DNA of 64,000 nt, taken from the NCBI GenBank assembly GCA_030141605.1, contig JAQGDQ010000123.1, positions 310,001 through 374,000 of the forward strand, in the 5' to 3' direction. This DNA is from Tubiluchus corallicola. Lineage: Eukaryota > Animalia > Priapulida. The notes below the pieces were generated by a model. That model did not search any database and had not been told where the DNA came from. It saw nothing but the letters and a program-made list of their open reading frames with translations. The position numbers were made by a program, and so were the translations under genes. Shown here piece after piece: positions 35,936 through 46,921 of this stretch. How positions within the stretch are numbered: the stretch's first letter is position 1; each line of letters starts with the position of its first letter.

Positions 35936-36347
35936 GGCATTGGTCGGCTTTATCATTTATGTAGGTGGGGGCATAATGAGTATTATCAGGTGTTATGTCA
36001 ACTGATGACAATCTTCCAGCATTGCACATGCACATTTACACAGAAGGGATTTATCAGTTTTGAGTTGACTATCTAGATCTAGGAATAGGCGATATGACGT
36101 TCTCTCGCGGGTAGCGCTAAATCATTAAATTGTTTGAACTAGCTATATTCACGATAGAAATAAAAGCTGGATTGTTGTCATCTATAATAGTCAACTTTAT
36201 AAAAAAATTTAATATCAGAAATTATAGACCTGCATATAGTAACGCAGACTATTTCAAAAATTCAAACCTATTAAACACCCAATGATTTACAGTAAAAAGC
36301 AGAAAATGTGGTCTTCAGAAATTTCATCATTTTATATACCATAACGA

Positions 36348-36349
<2 letters not shown>

Positions 36350-36424
<75 letters not shown>
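36350..36424. repeat. (TA)n microsatellite
   Basis: Read directly from the sequence. Confidence 0.95.
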
Positions 36425-36427
<3 letters not shown>

Positions 36428-38419
36428 GTAATCTGGGAAGAATAAATGTAAATTTCAATCAGTCACATGAAAAGGTCTCATAATCTGGAGATGTACACAA
36501 AACAAATAAAAGGTTTACAGTGAGAGTTTAATCCCCGCTGCCTGGTTTGCGAAGCAAACTTTTCTGTATTATGAAGTTCAATGTAAGTCACATTAAACCT
36601 GACTATAATAACGAAGATGCTTCGGCACATTGTGTTTTTGGCGTTGAAGCTAAATAGTCACCATTTATTTACATCAACGTAGTTGTTTATGCTAAGTTTT
36701 TACAACATTTACATCAAACCATAAAGTATTTTTTACTTTGCCGGTGCATTTTTTGGTACTGATCCACTAGAGAAAGTGACTGAACTGTTTTCTAGTGGAA
36801 AGGAACTTTTTGGAGTTCACAAAACTGATACGATTCGCCACTTGAAAATTTGTGCTGCTTTTAGTGCTCTCTTCGTAAGTGTGCGTACGTATAGTAATAT
36901 TTTACTTTAAATTCAAAGTTTTCAGATTATTGTAAATGCCATTTGCCACGGAAAGCGAAAAAGTTTATTAGATGTAGATTTTAAAGCACAATAAACTATT
37001 TTAAATTACATACGTATGTAATACTTATACTGTAAACGTGTACGAACTATCAATTGAATTTTAACGTTCGTGTAGGAATTTAAGTTTATAAGCTTATCGC
37101 GTTACTACTAATAAGTGTATAATATTCTTACCTTGCAGCTGCACGTGCAGTATTCTTGTTACTGAAGATATGTGCTTTCTGGCGCTTGATGTGTGTCAAT
37201 AATACCTGTGCTTCGCTATGCCTGTGCCTTATGAATACTTAGGTTGGTGTAAAGGGAAAACCCAACATCAACAACCTTGCCCGGGCTTTACTCATCCCCG
37301 TCTTATTGTACGGGGATAACCTGTGGCTAATTTAAGTCACTTAAATGGGGAAAGCATTCCTTCCACTAACAGAAGTGCCTACGCTATCGTTTCCAAAATC
37401 TCCATCGGCTACTGAACAAGCATTGTTAATTTAGCACTTTAGTTTAGTAATTATTATAATTATGTACAGATATATTAATGCAAGTGCAGAATGGAAGTAC
37501 AGGTTTATATTTTAATGAATTATTCAGTTATGCTCCTACAAGACGCCTTTAAGTTGACGATTTTAAATTGTATAAAAAGTTTTTTAGATTAAATTTATTC
37601 AAATACTTGATCTTTTGCAAACAGTGTTGTAATAATTGTTTATATTCACTACCAGTGTCAGCTGCTTTTATCAAAGCACTAAACGGTGTACACTTTGCCA
37701 GAAGTATTTACTTCCGAGAAAAAAACTGCCATTTCCCAGAACTGGTAAATAAAATGCACGGAAAATGTAATGAATCATAGATTTACAACGTTAGAACGAT
37801 AAGGTAGTGAATCATGTTGAAGTTTGCATAAACGCAATAGTGAGTACTCACGGCGAGTAATTGATTATCAACTTTAAGCAGCACAAAGCAGGGCAACTGA
37901 TTTGTAGGGAAACTGCAAATTAATATCACTCTTGGATAGTACTTTTACAGTGATTCCGAATCATTTCTTGATGTTTAGAGATGTTCATGCATCTGAATGT
38001 GACTGTGATATCTCTGCCTGTTCAGTATTTTATCTCAGAGGCTTATCTTGCTATTGAACTTGCTAGCGAAGTAGCATAATTCATTGGGCATATGTCGACC
38101 TCAAGATATTAACAAATCTGTATCGTTCGCAAAGCTTTGTATTTTGATTTTTAATAATTATTATTTATCAAGTATTATCTTAAATCTTATGAAAACCAAG
38201 TGAATTAAAGTGATTATGTGCAGCATGTGATACAATGCAAATTACGCCGAGAGAAAAGTTTCATCCTAAAAAGTAGTAATCTTAAATTGTAGCAATGAAT
38301 TTTCAAAACAAACCCAAAACGAAATACAAAAAAACAAGATTGACCCTAAACAATACGTTATTTGAAATGAATCTGATTTTTGTTAGTCATTAATCAAAGC
38401 CCTGTAGATAACTAAAGAA

Positions 38420-38701
38420 GAACAGAAAGAGAAAACCCGAAAGAGAGAGAGGGAGGAGATACAAAGAGTGAAAAAGTGAGGGGATGACAGAGAGAAAGGG
38501 AAAGGGAGGGATGCCGGGTAGGGAAAGAACAAAACGGGTGAGAGAATACGAATACGAATAAGAAACTGCTTTCTCAGCATAATTTGCATTGTATCATTTG
38601 CTACACATAATCACTTCAAATTCAATTGAGAGGGCGGGCTGAGAAGTGAGATGGAAAGAGAGAAGAAAGGGAGGGAAAGAGACAAAGACAAAGGGAAAGA
38701 C

Positions 38702-38747
<46 letters not shown>

Positions 38748-38880
38748 GAATAAGGGCGATAGAACGGGGGAGAAAGTGAAGAAAAGAGGGAGATGAAAAG
38801 AGGGAGAAGATGAGAGGGATAAGATGGGAAATGGGAAAGAACTACAAGGGAGAACCAGACAGAGAAAGAGAAATCGAAAG
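38420..38880. repeat. Polypurine GA-rich tract including (GA)n
   Basis: Strongly purine-biased stretch; (GA)n at about 38702-38745. Confidence 0.8.
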
Positions 38881-38949
38881 CTTTATTCCACTAAGACAGC
38901 AAACTTTTAGCAGTTAAAAAGTAACCGTGATTTTCCTGTTAAGAAATCT

Positions 38950-39110
38950 TTCTGGTAAATGCTTTTTCTGTGAAACGAGGTTTCTGGGGAAAATATTTTC
39001 CGGGAAAAAAGTTTTCTGGCAAAAAGTTTTTTCTGGCAAATATCTTTTCTGGGAAGTTACTGTTTCTCGGAAATGGTTTTTCTGTGAAAAAAACTTCTGG
39101 CAAACGAACC
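38950..39110. repeat. Tandem array of ten ~16-bp units, each carrying a GAS-like TTC...AA core
   Basis: Units start at 38950, 38966, 38982, 38998, 39014, 39031, 39047, 39064, 39080 and 39095. Confidence 0.85.
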
Positions 39111-39184
39111 TAAACCAACTAAAACGTTTTATACTGCGTTACTGACCGTCTTGTGCCTGGGTCCAATCCTTCAGTTTCTCCCAT

Positions 39185-39459
39185 CGGAGCGGGATGTACC
39201 TATTTGTGGGCCTTAGGCCAACAAATCAATGGGCCCTAAATTGTACTTATCGTGCAGAGGCCCCATTCTCCGAGCACTGTACTTATTGTACAGGGGCCCT
39301 TATGGTTTCGAATATATCATACAATGAAATAACCGGTGTAGATTTGAAACAAGAGTTATTTACAGGCACGGTGGATGACAAATTAGTTTCAGTGGGACAC
39401 CAGGTACCCGTGGGCCCTAGGGCCAGTGACTTATTATGCCCTTGGAAAATCCGGCTCTA
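39185..39459. mobile_element. Degenerate MITE rich in GGGCCC motifs
   Basis: Right terminus AATCCGGCTCTA with a degenerate left match CGGAGCGGGATG; repeated GGGCCC motifs inside. Confidence 0.4.
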
Positions 39460-40845
39460 TCGCCCAATCTACATGCCTTGATTAAGATTTTATAATTTTA
39501 ATCATGATAATATGCAAACATGTCATTTTTAAAACAAATAATATAAGAAAGTGCTCAGTAGTCTTGATGCTTTGGTGTATGAGGTAGACTGAGATACACA
39601 ACCACACACTGAGATAAAATTTATTGTTCAAGCCAAATGTATCAGCGCAAAATTGCATTACATATGCGCACTGTAACATAGAAAAAAACATATTTTAAAG
39701 CTTAATATTATTATAAAATTTGAAAAAATATCAGTACATATAATACGACCTAGCATAAAAAACTTTGCATCAGTTTGCAAGCTGTCATGTTGATAAATTC
39801 AGAAATAGGAATCTCAGGTCTCTCTCTTTACCTCTGACCTAGTCTTAGCTTTCCTGAAAAAAATACGCGCAATAAAATACCAGTCGATGAGCGCAACATC
39901 GAGATAATATAATTTGGTGAATAAAATTTAGTATTTGTTAGTGATGCAGATATTAATATTTATTTCTTACACGATATATACAGTACTGGCATGTCATAGA
40001 TAAGCATTCTGACACGGGCAACCAGTGTTACCATTTCTTATGGCTGACAGGACAAATTCATCCCAGCGAGAAATGAAATAATAGTTCGATCCATTATGAA
40101 GCCATTGCACATCAATTTCAATTCAATTCAATTCAATTTATTTTCTCATTAGCAGTTTAAAATTCCTCTTAATTATGCACATCAGCATTGTATACCAGGT
40201 ATAAAATCACTGACATCGAATGGCCTCATTGATTCAGCAGGTAAACGGACACAAACGGACAGCATCTGTAGAAAGTTTTTCATCATCCTAGCATTGAATC
40301 CAGAAGACTTGACATCCGAAATACGAGGGAACAAACCGACCCGGAAAGCAACCAATCAAACAAGGGCGAGGACTCATTGCGATATCAAGACAATCAGCTG
40401 AAAATAAAGTCGCTAGTTCAATAAAAATAACTAATGCAGTACATTGCAGTACAAAATCAAATTATCTCACAGACGTTAAAAGGTGAATCTCCGGAAGCAG
40501 ACTTACAAGTAAAATTACGGAATTACTATAAGTAAAACTACAGAATTACTACAAATATTTCAAACCAGCACATGAAAGATAAAAATAAATCACTAATTTC
40601 TTATTTTATTTACAAAGATATTAAGCGTGGAGGAAATTCTTGCATCAATTTTTAAATCATTCGACGCTTTTGATCCTTTACACTGAAATGTGTGAAAATC
40701 GCATTTAGCAGCTCTAATCGTTGGTAAGGAGTTTCAAAGATTTACAGTAACTAAGTTATCTCATTTGTCATTGTACGACTGTTTAATTGCTTGCAAAAAA
40801 TAAATGATAATTCTTTTTATAAATTATTATTTATAAATGCATTAG

Positions 40846-41214
40846 TGTTATGGAGATCCATTAGAATTGAATAGAAAATTGTAGAATGTTTTATAGTATA
40901 GTAGAACAATCTTTTTACCTTGTAGAAGCAATCGTAGATTCTAGAACTTTCTATACGCGATGCGTGTAGTAGTTTCTAGATTGTTCTGGTGTTGTCCATT
41001 TGCATTAGTATATAAGGCGGAGCTGGCCGCTCGAGTTTATTCTCAGATTCTCAGATTTATCTCAGATTCCCAGATTATCGAATGCTATTTTCCTATCATT
41101 TGACTGTACATATTTTGCATTCCTTCATATTTTGCGTTGTGGAAATCTCACACAATAAACCAGTTTAATTTGACAACGTGTTTTCTTGTTTTCTCTACAG
41201 AAAGAAACACAGCA
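40846..41214 (+). mobile_element. Solo LTR (369 bp) with 5-bp TSD
   Basis: TG...CA termini flanked by ATTAG on both sides (40841-40845, 41215-41219). TATATAA at 41009 and AATAAA at 41154 are in the order expected for an LTR. Confidence 0.85.
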
Positions 41215-41277
41215 ATTAGTAATGTTATTTATCTGTCATAACATATGTACTGTATACATACCTATGTACAGTAACGC

Positions 41278-41636
41278 GCATACAACAAAATAAAACTGCC
41301 CAAAATGAATTTTCCTACCGACATACGACAGTCAAGCAACCATTTACTGACCGGTCCATGTTGCTTAAGTTCGGTTGCTAGGCACACGCCATTACCACTC
41401 AGCTGTTACACGCCCCAGACTACTAGGTTGTGCCATATTTCCCTTTTCGTTTCTATTTATTTTGCTGCATACAACAAAACAAAACTGCCCAAAAGAAATT
41501 TTCCTGCGTACAGTTAAGCACTTATTTACTAACCACTCCTGTGTTGTTTAACTCTCATTGCTAGCACACGCCTTTACACTCGGCTGTTGCTCGCCCCGGA
41601 CTACTAGGTTGCCATATTTCCTTTTTTATTTGCTAG
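41278..41636. repeat. Diverged tandem duplication (units of about 190 and 170 bp)
   Basis: gcatacaacaaaa(t/c)aaaactgcccaaaa...gactactaggttg...ccatatttcc occurs at 41278 and again at 41467. Confidence 0.85.
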
Positions 41637-42688
41637 TACCGGTGAAAAATACTGACACACCTGCAATTATATTCCGCCTACTTTAGAAGCTTCAACGCAG
41701 TCCCACAGGAAGCTAAATTTACTGATAAATGTTATCGACCGAATGAAGAAAATTTATGGCTGACGATGGTGTTTACATGGTGTATCACGTATACAACACA
41801 AATATAACGTGGCGATATTTTATTCGCAACGTTATTCTGACTGCGCCATCGCCGGAAATATTACGTTAAATTGCAAACAATAACGTTTATCATTACATGT
41901 TTACAATTGTCAGGCTTACAGCATAGCATAGATGGGCCACAAGCAGCTTCAAAATCTTTAGCCTCGTGAATATGGCACATGAAACTATTAATAGCGATCG
42001 CAAGATGTTATCAAGGCAGGATGTCACGTTAGAAGTAAATATTAAGTCTCTCACACTGATATTAAGCACCAACGCCGGAAACACGGTAAAAATGGCAAAC
42101 ATAATGTTTACATACTATAGGTCTAAGGTGTGATTATATTGCGAGCCGTAGTAAACTAATCATTAATTCATTGCTATTTAGTATTAATAGTAATGGACAC
42201 GGTTTTTTTTTGGAAAAAGAACAGCCGAGTGGTTACGGTATTGCGTTGAATAACGACCAAAGTTAACAACTGGCAAAGCTGATCAGAGAATGGTGTGAGA
42301 CTGTAAGGTTTAGTGCTTTCTCTGGGTGGCATTTACCGAATTTATCTCGTTGAATTAAAGACATGATTAAGACACCTTTACTGCTTCAGCATCTCATCTG
42401 AGAGCCTTGGTATCAAGCTATATTACAGTCCCACTGAACCAGAATCTGGAACCTGTGACTTACTAGACTATGGGCAGAGTAGTGATATGCCAATCTCACC
42501 TACAAAATACCACAGAATGTGTTGTTGCGCAATTTATCAGCTAACCAGCAATATTTAGGAAACAATGCAAGACTAATCATAGCCAAGGCCTGGCTACATA
42601 AAATCAGTGACCTATAGAGAACTCTCTCTTGAGAGCTGTAAACAATACTTCTAATGTAATAATACATGATCTTTTTCTTCTTAGCAGA

Positions 42689-42910
42689 ATGTCCTTTCTG
42701 GACAATAGACGATTAATTAAAATCAGTAAAAATATTTGAGGTTAACATCTATCGTCCAGGATTTGACAGCTCCAGTAATTTTATTTTCACACTTACGCAT
42801 CAAAGACAAAAGTATTGCTATCCAGGAGCACGAGTGCAGCTTTGTTGTTTATGAATTTAACTACAAGAATACATTGTGGTTAAATAATACATTGGTATGA
42901 CGAAATGCCA
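42689..42910 (+). mobile_element. Penelope-like element GIY-YIG remnant
   Basis: Frameshifted translation ...SHLRIKDK...CSFVVYEFN(Y)K...CG...YIGMTK matches the VVY-x-C..C..YIG-T layout of Penelope endonucleases. Confidence 0.55.
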
Positions 42911-43728
42911 AGGATCTCTGAACACAGGGAAAAAAGAAAGAAAGGGCGCAACGTTCCGACCTACCAATTAGTTTTTCTTCAGGTAAACAAAAGAAAGGAC
43001 AATAAGAAGTGAGCTTGAAAAATCACAAAGAATGCTACAGCTACTTAACTGTTTTTTAGTTAATGATACAGGCACCTAGAAAAAAAGCACAGCAGCAAAG
43101 CAGAGACGAACACAAGGCAAAAACAATGAAAGTATAAAACGTTAATTAATATGTGTCTGTATCCTTTTCAATGTGATATCCTTTTTATGTGTTAATAATG
43201 TAAACTAAAGTTAATATTATACTAGAACAGTAATTTTACAATAATTATACTGTAAACTAAAAACGCCCTACAAAAATTTGTTCACTACCAGTTCTGGTAA
43301 TTCCTTGTGATTTTCTTCTTTTTTCTTGTCCTTTTTTTGTTCGCTAAAAGAGAAACTACAGTGGTAGTTTAAAGCACTTTGCCTTTTTCTACTTGTTTTT
43401 AGTTTATAGATTTTTTTTATTGAAAAGCAGAAAACAGTAGATTCTGTAGATTCTGAAAACACTGTTTTCTGTTTTTTATTCACAAGTAGAATAAAAAACA
43501 TACGGTAGAGAAACCATAACAATGGAAAATTTTAAAACCATAGACATGGAACAAAGCAAGTATGACTTATTAATAAATGTAGCACGTCATATAAACAAGA
43601 ACAATTAAACTGGTACTGAAATTAAAATTTAAATTAAAGGCTTCCTTTCAATTTTCTAATATTATAGTATCATCCAGTGTCTGCTCATCACCCTCCAGCT
43701 CCCTCTGAGGTAAACCATTTCCATGTGA

Positions 43729-43875
43729 ATGCATGCTTGCCTGGTTAAATGCTTCCTAATTGGCCACTCTTGTTATTTCCTGATTAGTTGGAAAGTGGTT
43801 TCACTTCTCTTCTGTATTCACATATTATTAACATATGAATGATTAAGCATTTTAATTGGCATAATACATATAAAG

Positions 43876-43921
<46 letters not shown>

Positions 43922-44110
43922 GCGTGTGCGTGTGCGTGTGCGTGTGCGCGCGCGTGTGTGTATGTCAGTTTCAATCTATCTATTTCAATGCATGCGTGCC
44001 TGGTTGAATGCTTCCTAACTGGCCATTCTTGCTATTTCCTGATTAGTTAAAAATTGGCTTTTCTTCTGTATTCACAGGTTATTAACATATGAATAATTAA
44101 ACATTATAAT
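43729..44110. repeat. Direct repeats of about 125 bp flanking a (TG)n/(TGCG)n microsatellite
   Basis: atgcatgc(t/g)tgcctggtt...tattaacatatgaat occurs at about 43729 and about 43988; microsatellite at 43878-43960. Confidence 0.85.
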
Positions 44111-45972
44111 ATGAGATATGGGATATGTGTATTATATCCCATATTTTAGTATAATTACAGGATATTATAAGGATGCTATTAATCAGGTGCATGGGATGTA
44201 AAATAAAAATGTCAAGATTTTGCTCTGAATCCTTTATTATAATAGCTTTTGCCTATGCTTTGCCGTAACACCCAGATGTGGCATGTGCCTAAATTGACTG
44301 TTGTTACAATAATGCTGCGAAAATTCAAAAGTGTAATAGTGTACAGTGCAACACACTCAGGCCAATATTGATATTTTCCCTCGCTTTGGCTTGTTGTCTT
44401 TCTCTTGTTGGGTTGTGCAATCTCCGTTGCTAAAGGAATGCTAAGTTGCAGAACAAGGCCACCACTTTCACACACATACGAGCTGCGTACAACACAATTA
44501 GGCCTGCAAATCACAGCCAATCAGGCAATGTATCTCGACATAACATAGTGAAGCATAGTGGTATCAGAGCAAAGAAGGTAGTAACAGCAACGATGCAGCC
44601 TCGAGTACTCTCTTAATCAAAAAAAAATACATCACTCTAATTATGTGGTGTACAGTACTTGGAGACATTTGGGTTATTTATTTCCCACAGGGCAACAACA
44701 TACCTACAGACAAGATGAAGAGACAAGGACTCAAGTTCGTTTTCAACAACAGTATTATTACAGTAGGCAATCTAGACACATAGCAATAATATAGTAATGA
44801 ATGCATACCAAAGGTGAATATTTGAATATCAAAGAAAGGACAGCGTCGATCTGTATGGTGTTGATGATGATGTTGAGAGTTAACTGAGGATCTAGTCACT
44901 CCAATCCTCATACGTAATTCCAGCAAATCCGTATCTGTTTTTAAGCACATCTTCACCACATAACCTTTCACTACGCCCTCCCCCCGCACAACCCCACAGT
45001 GGAACAAGTTGAGTGTAGATGACTAGCCATGTTATTCAACTAGAAGCAGAACTACATGGCTACGTAAAATCATTAACGATCAAACATCATTTTGCATTAC
45101 TACTCAATGTACTAGCAAACAGATATGGCGATGTCTAGACAGCGAGAAAAGAAAATTAAAGATCGTCAAGTATTTGTGAAATCGATTCATATCAACTGTG
45201 CTATAACAATAGCCAAAAACAACAGTGCCATAACAAAAGCCAAGAACAGGTGAAGTTAAGAATTTAGAGGCAGTGAATAAGAAGTAGTAACGAAAATTGT
45301 GTAAGCTTAATTTTTTTTAATTAAGATTACATTATAGTGTACTTTAATGCTTTACGTTTTCCAGCTGTAGAATTAATCCAACTGCAACTAGGACATACAA
45401 AATGAGCATGCTGCTCTGAGCCACTTCTGCTTCCACACTAATCTTGATTCATCCAACATCTTCTAGTAGAAGATTAATAATAATTATTATAAATCTGTGT
45501 CACACCAGTTTAATATTTTAATATAACGAGATTTATCATAACTGGTCGTGAATAGTCGCACAATAATTGCGGTTCCCTCTTTTTCAAAACGTTTTTGCAA
45601 AATTCCGGCTAAGTACCAAAAGTAATTAATAATGCGCTAGCTGCGGACTTTTGCACTTGCCTACTGGTGTACATAACAAATTTTTTAAATGTTGCTTAAA
45701 AAGTGACTAACTGACACCAATTTATTCCCTCATACACTTTTAAGGTATCATAAGGTATCAAATTGTATCAAAGGTTACAATTTTGTATTATCAAGTTAAT
45801 GTTCAGCGTAACGATCTGTACTTCCGAAAGTAGTACGCGTGACACAGCGTAAAAGCTGCGGCGAAAATTTGAGATACATGTGGATTTTTCTTTTGTTTTT
45901 CCATATTTGTGAAAGCTTATCGTGGCTAAATTCTTGTTAGAGTGCTTTGACGAACGCTGAGTGCGAGGAAAG

Positions 45973-46881
45973 GTAAAATTAATTGCGTAGATGTTTTAAT
46001 ATAGAATTGCTAATAGTAAAAACTGTAAATTACTGCTGTATAATATAAGTTTGAAATTAAAATACTGTCCGTTTTCTCCTGTCGTACTTAACCCTTGTGT
46101 TCCTGGTCATCGTTAGATCTAAATTTATTTCAGATCCTTACTTCATTATTTTGGCATTTGATGGTAGATGTATGTATTACAGCTGATAGCTTCTCGCATC
46201 ATATGTAATCGTAAAATGTGTTCACTGACTTCCCTTCTGTCACCCTTAAGTGTTAGTGTATCTTAAACATATTTAACGAAACACATGTATAATACATGCA
46301 TACGATGTTTTGGTTGTTTATTATGTTGCTCACATGATCAACAAAAATAAATATAACTGACAATCACACAGTTTCAAAGACCAAATTAAATAAAACAGTA
46401 TAACGTATTATTAAGCTGTGAAGCAATGCGTTTTGTTGCTGCATGTAGCTAACAAAGGCGCTTGATGAAAAACTGTAAAACTTGTTGTTTTTTTTGTAGT
46501 TCTTTTCTATTTAGTGTTGATTTTTCATTGTGTAAGCAGTTTTTCTCATTAGTTAAGTAAAGTGGGAAGTATGTGTTTGGAAGGTAGAATGAAACCTTGA
46601 AGAAATTGAAACACATTTTTCCTATACCTAGAGTATTTAAAGATAATTGTTGTTCACAATGCCGCTTCTATACTTGAAAGAGAGTTTGTTCTTGAATTCA
46701 AAAGAACAAGTGCCATCCTTTCGAACACAAGGCTAAATAGTTTCCCACTAATATAGAAAGATTTTTATCTTAGTAACTATGTGTTTATATCAGTCTCTTA
46801 CTTCCTTTTTCAAAGTGTACATAATATGAAATATACAGACACACAGGCATTTATTATATGTAATTTTCTTGTTTTTTGTAG
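45973..46881 (+). other. Putative 5'-UTR intron of PSMD1
   Basis: Donor AAG|gtaaaa at 45972/45973 follows a CpG-richer promoter-like stretch. Acceptor ttcttgttttttgtag| at 46881 lies 40 nt before the ATG. Confidence 0.6.
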
Positions 46882-46921
46882 GTTTGCAAATAGAATTTTC
46901 AGCTAAGTGGACTTTGTCATC

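Noticed and set aside
37294-37317. 8-bp hairpin ATCCCCGT/ACGGGGAT as a Helitron end
   Set aside because: No downstream CTRR terminus and no 5' end identified.
38950-39110. Short periodic repeat as a CRISPR-like array
   Set aside because: Eukaryotic context, period of only about 16 bp, no real spacers and no cas genes.
40115-40420. (TTGAA)n tail after AATAAA on the minus strand (similar tail-like trace near 26330-26390)
   Set aside because: Suggests LINE 3' ends, but there is no TSD or coding remnant to define an element.
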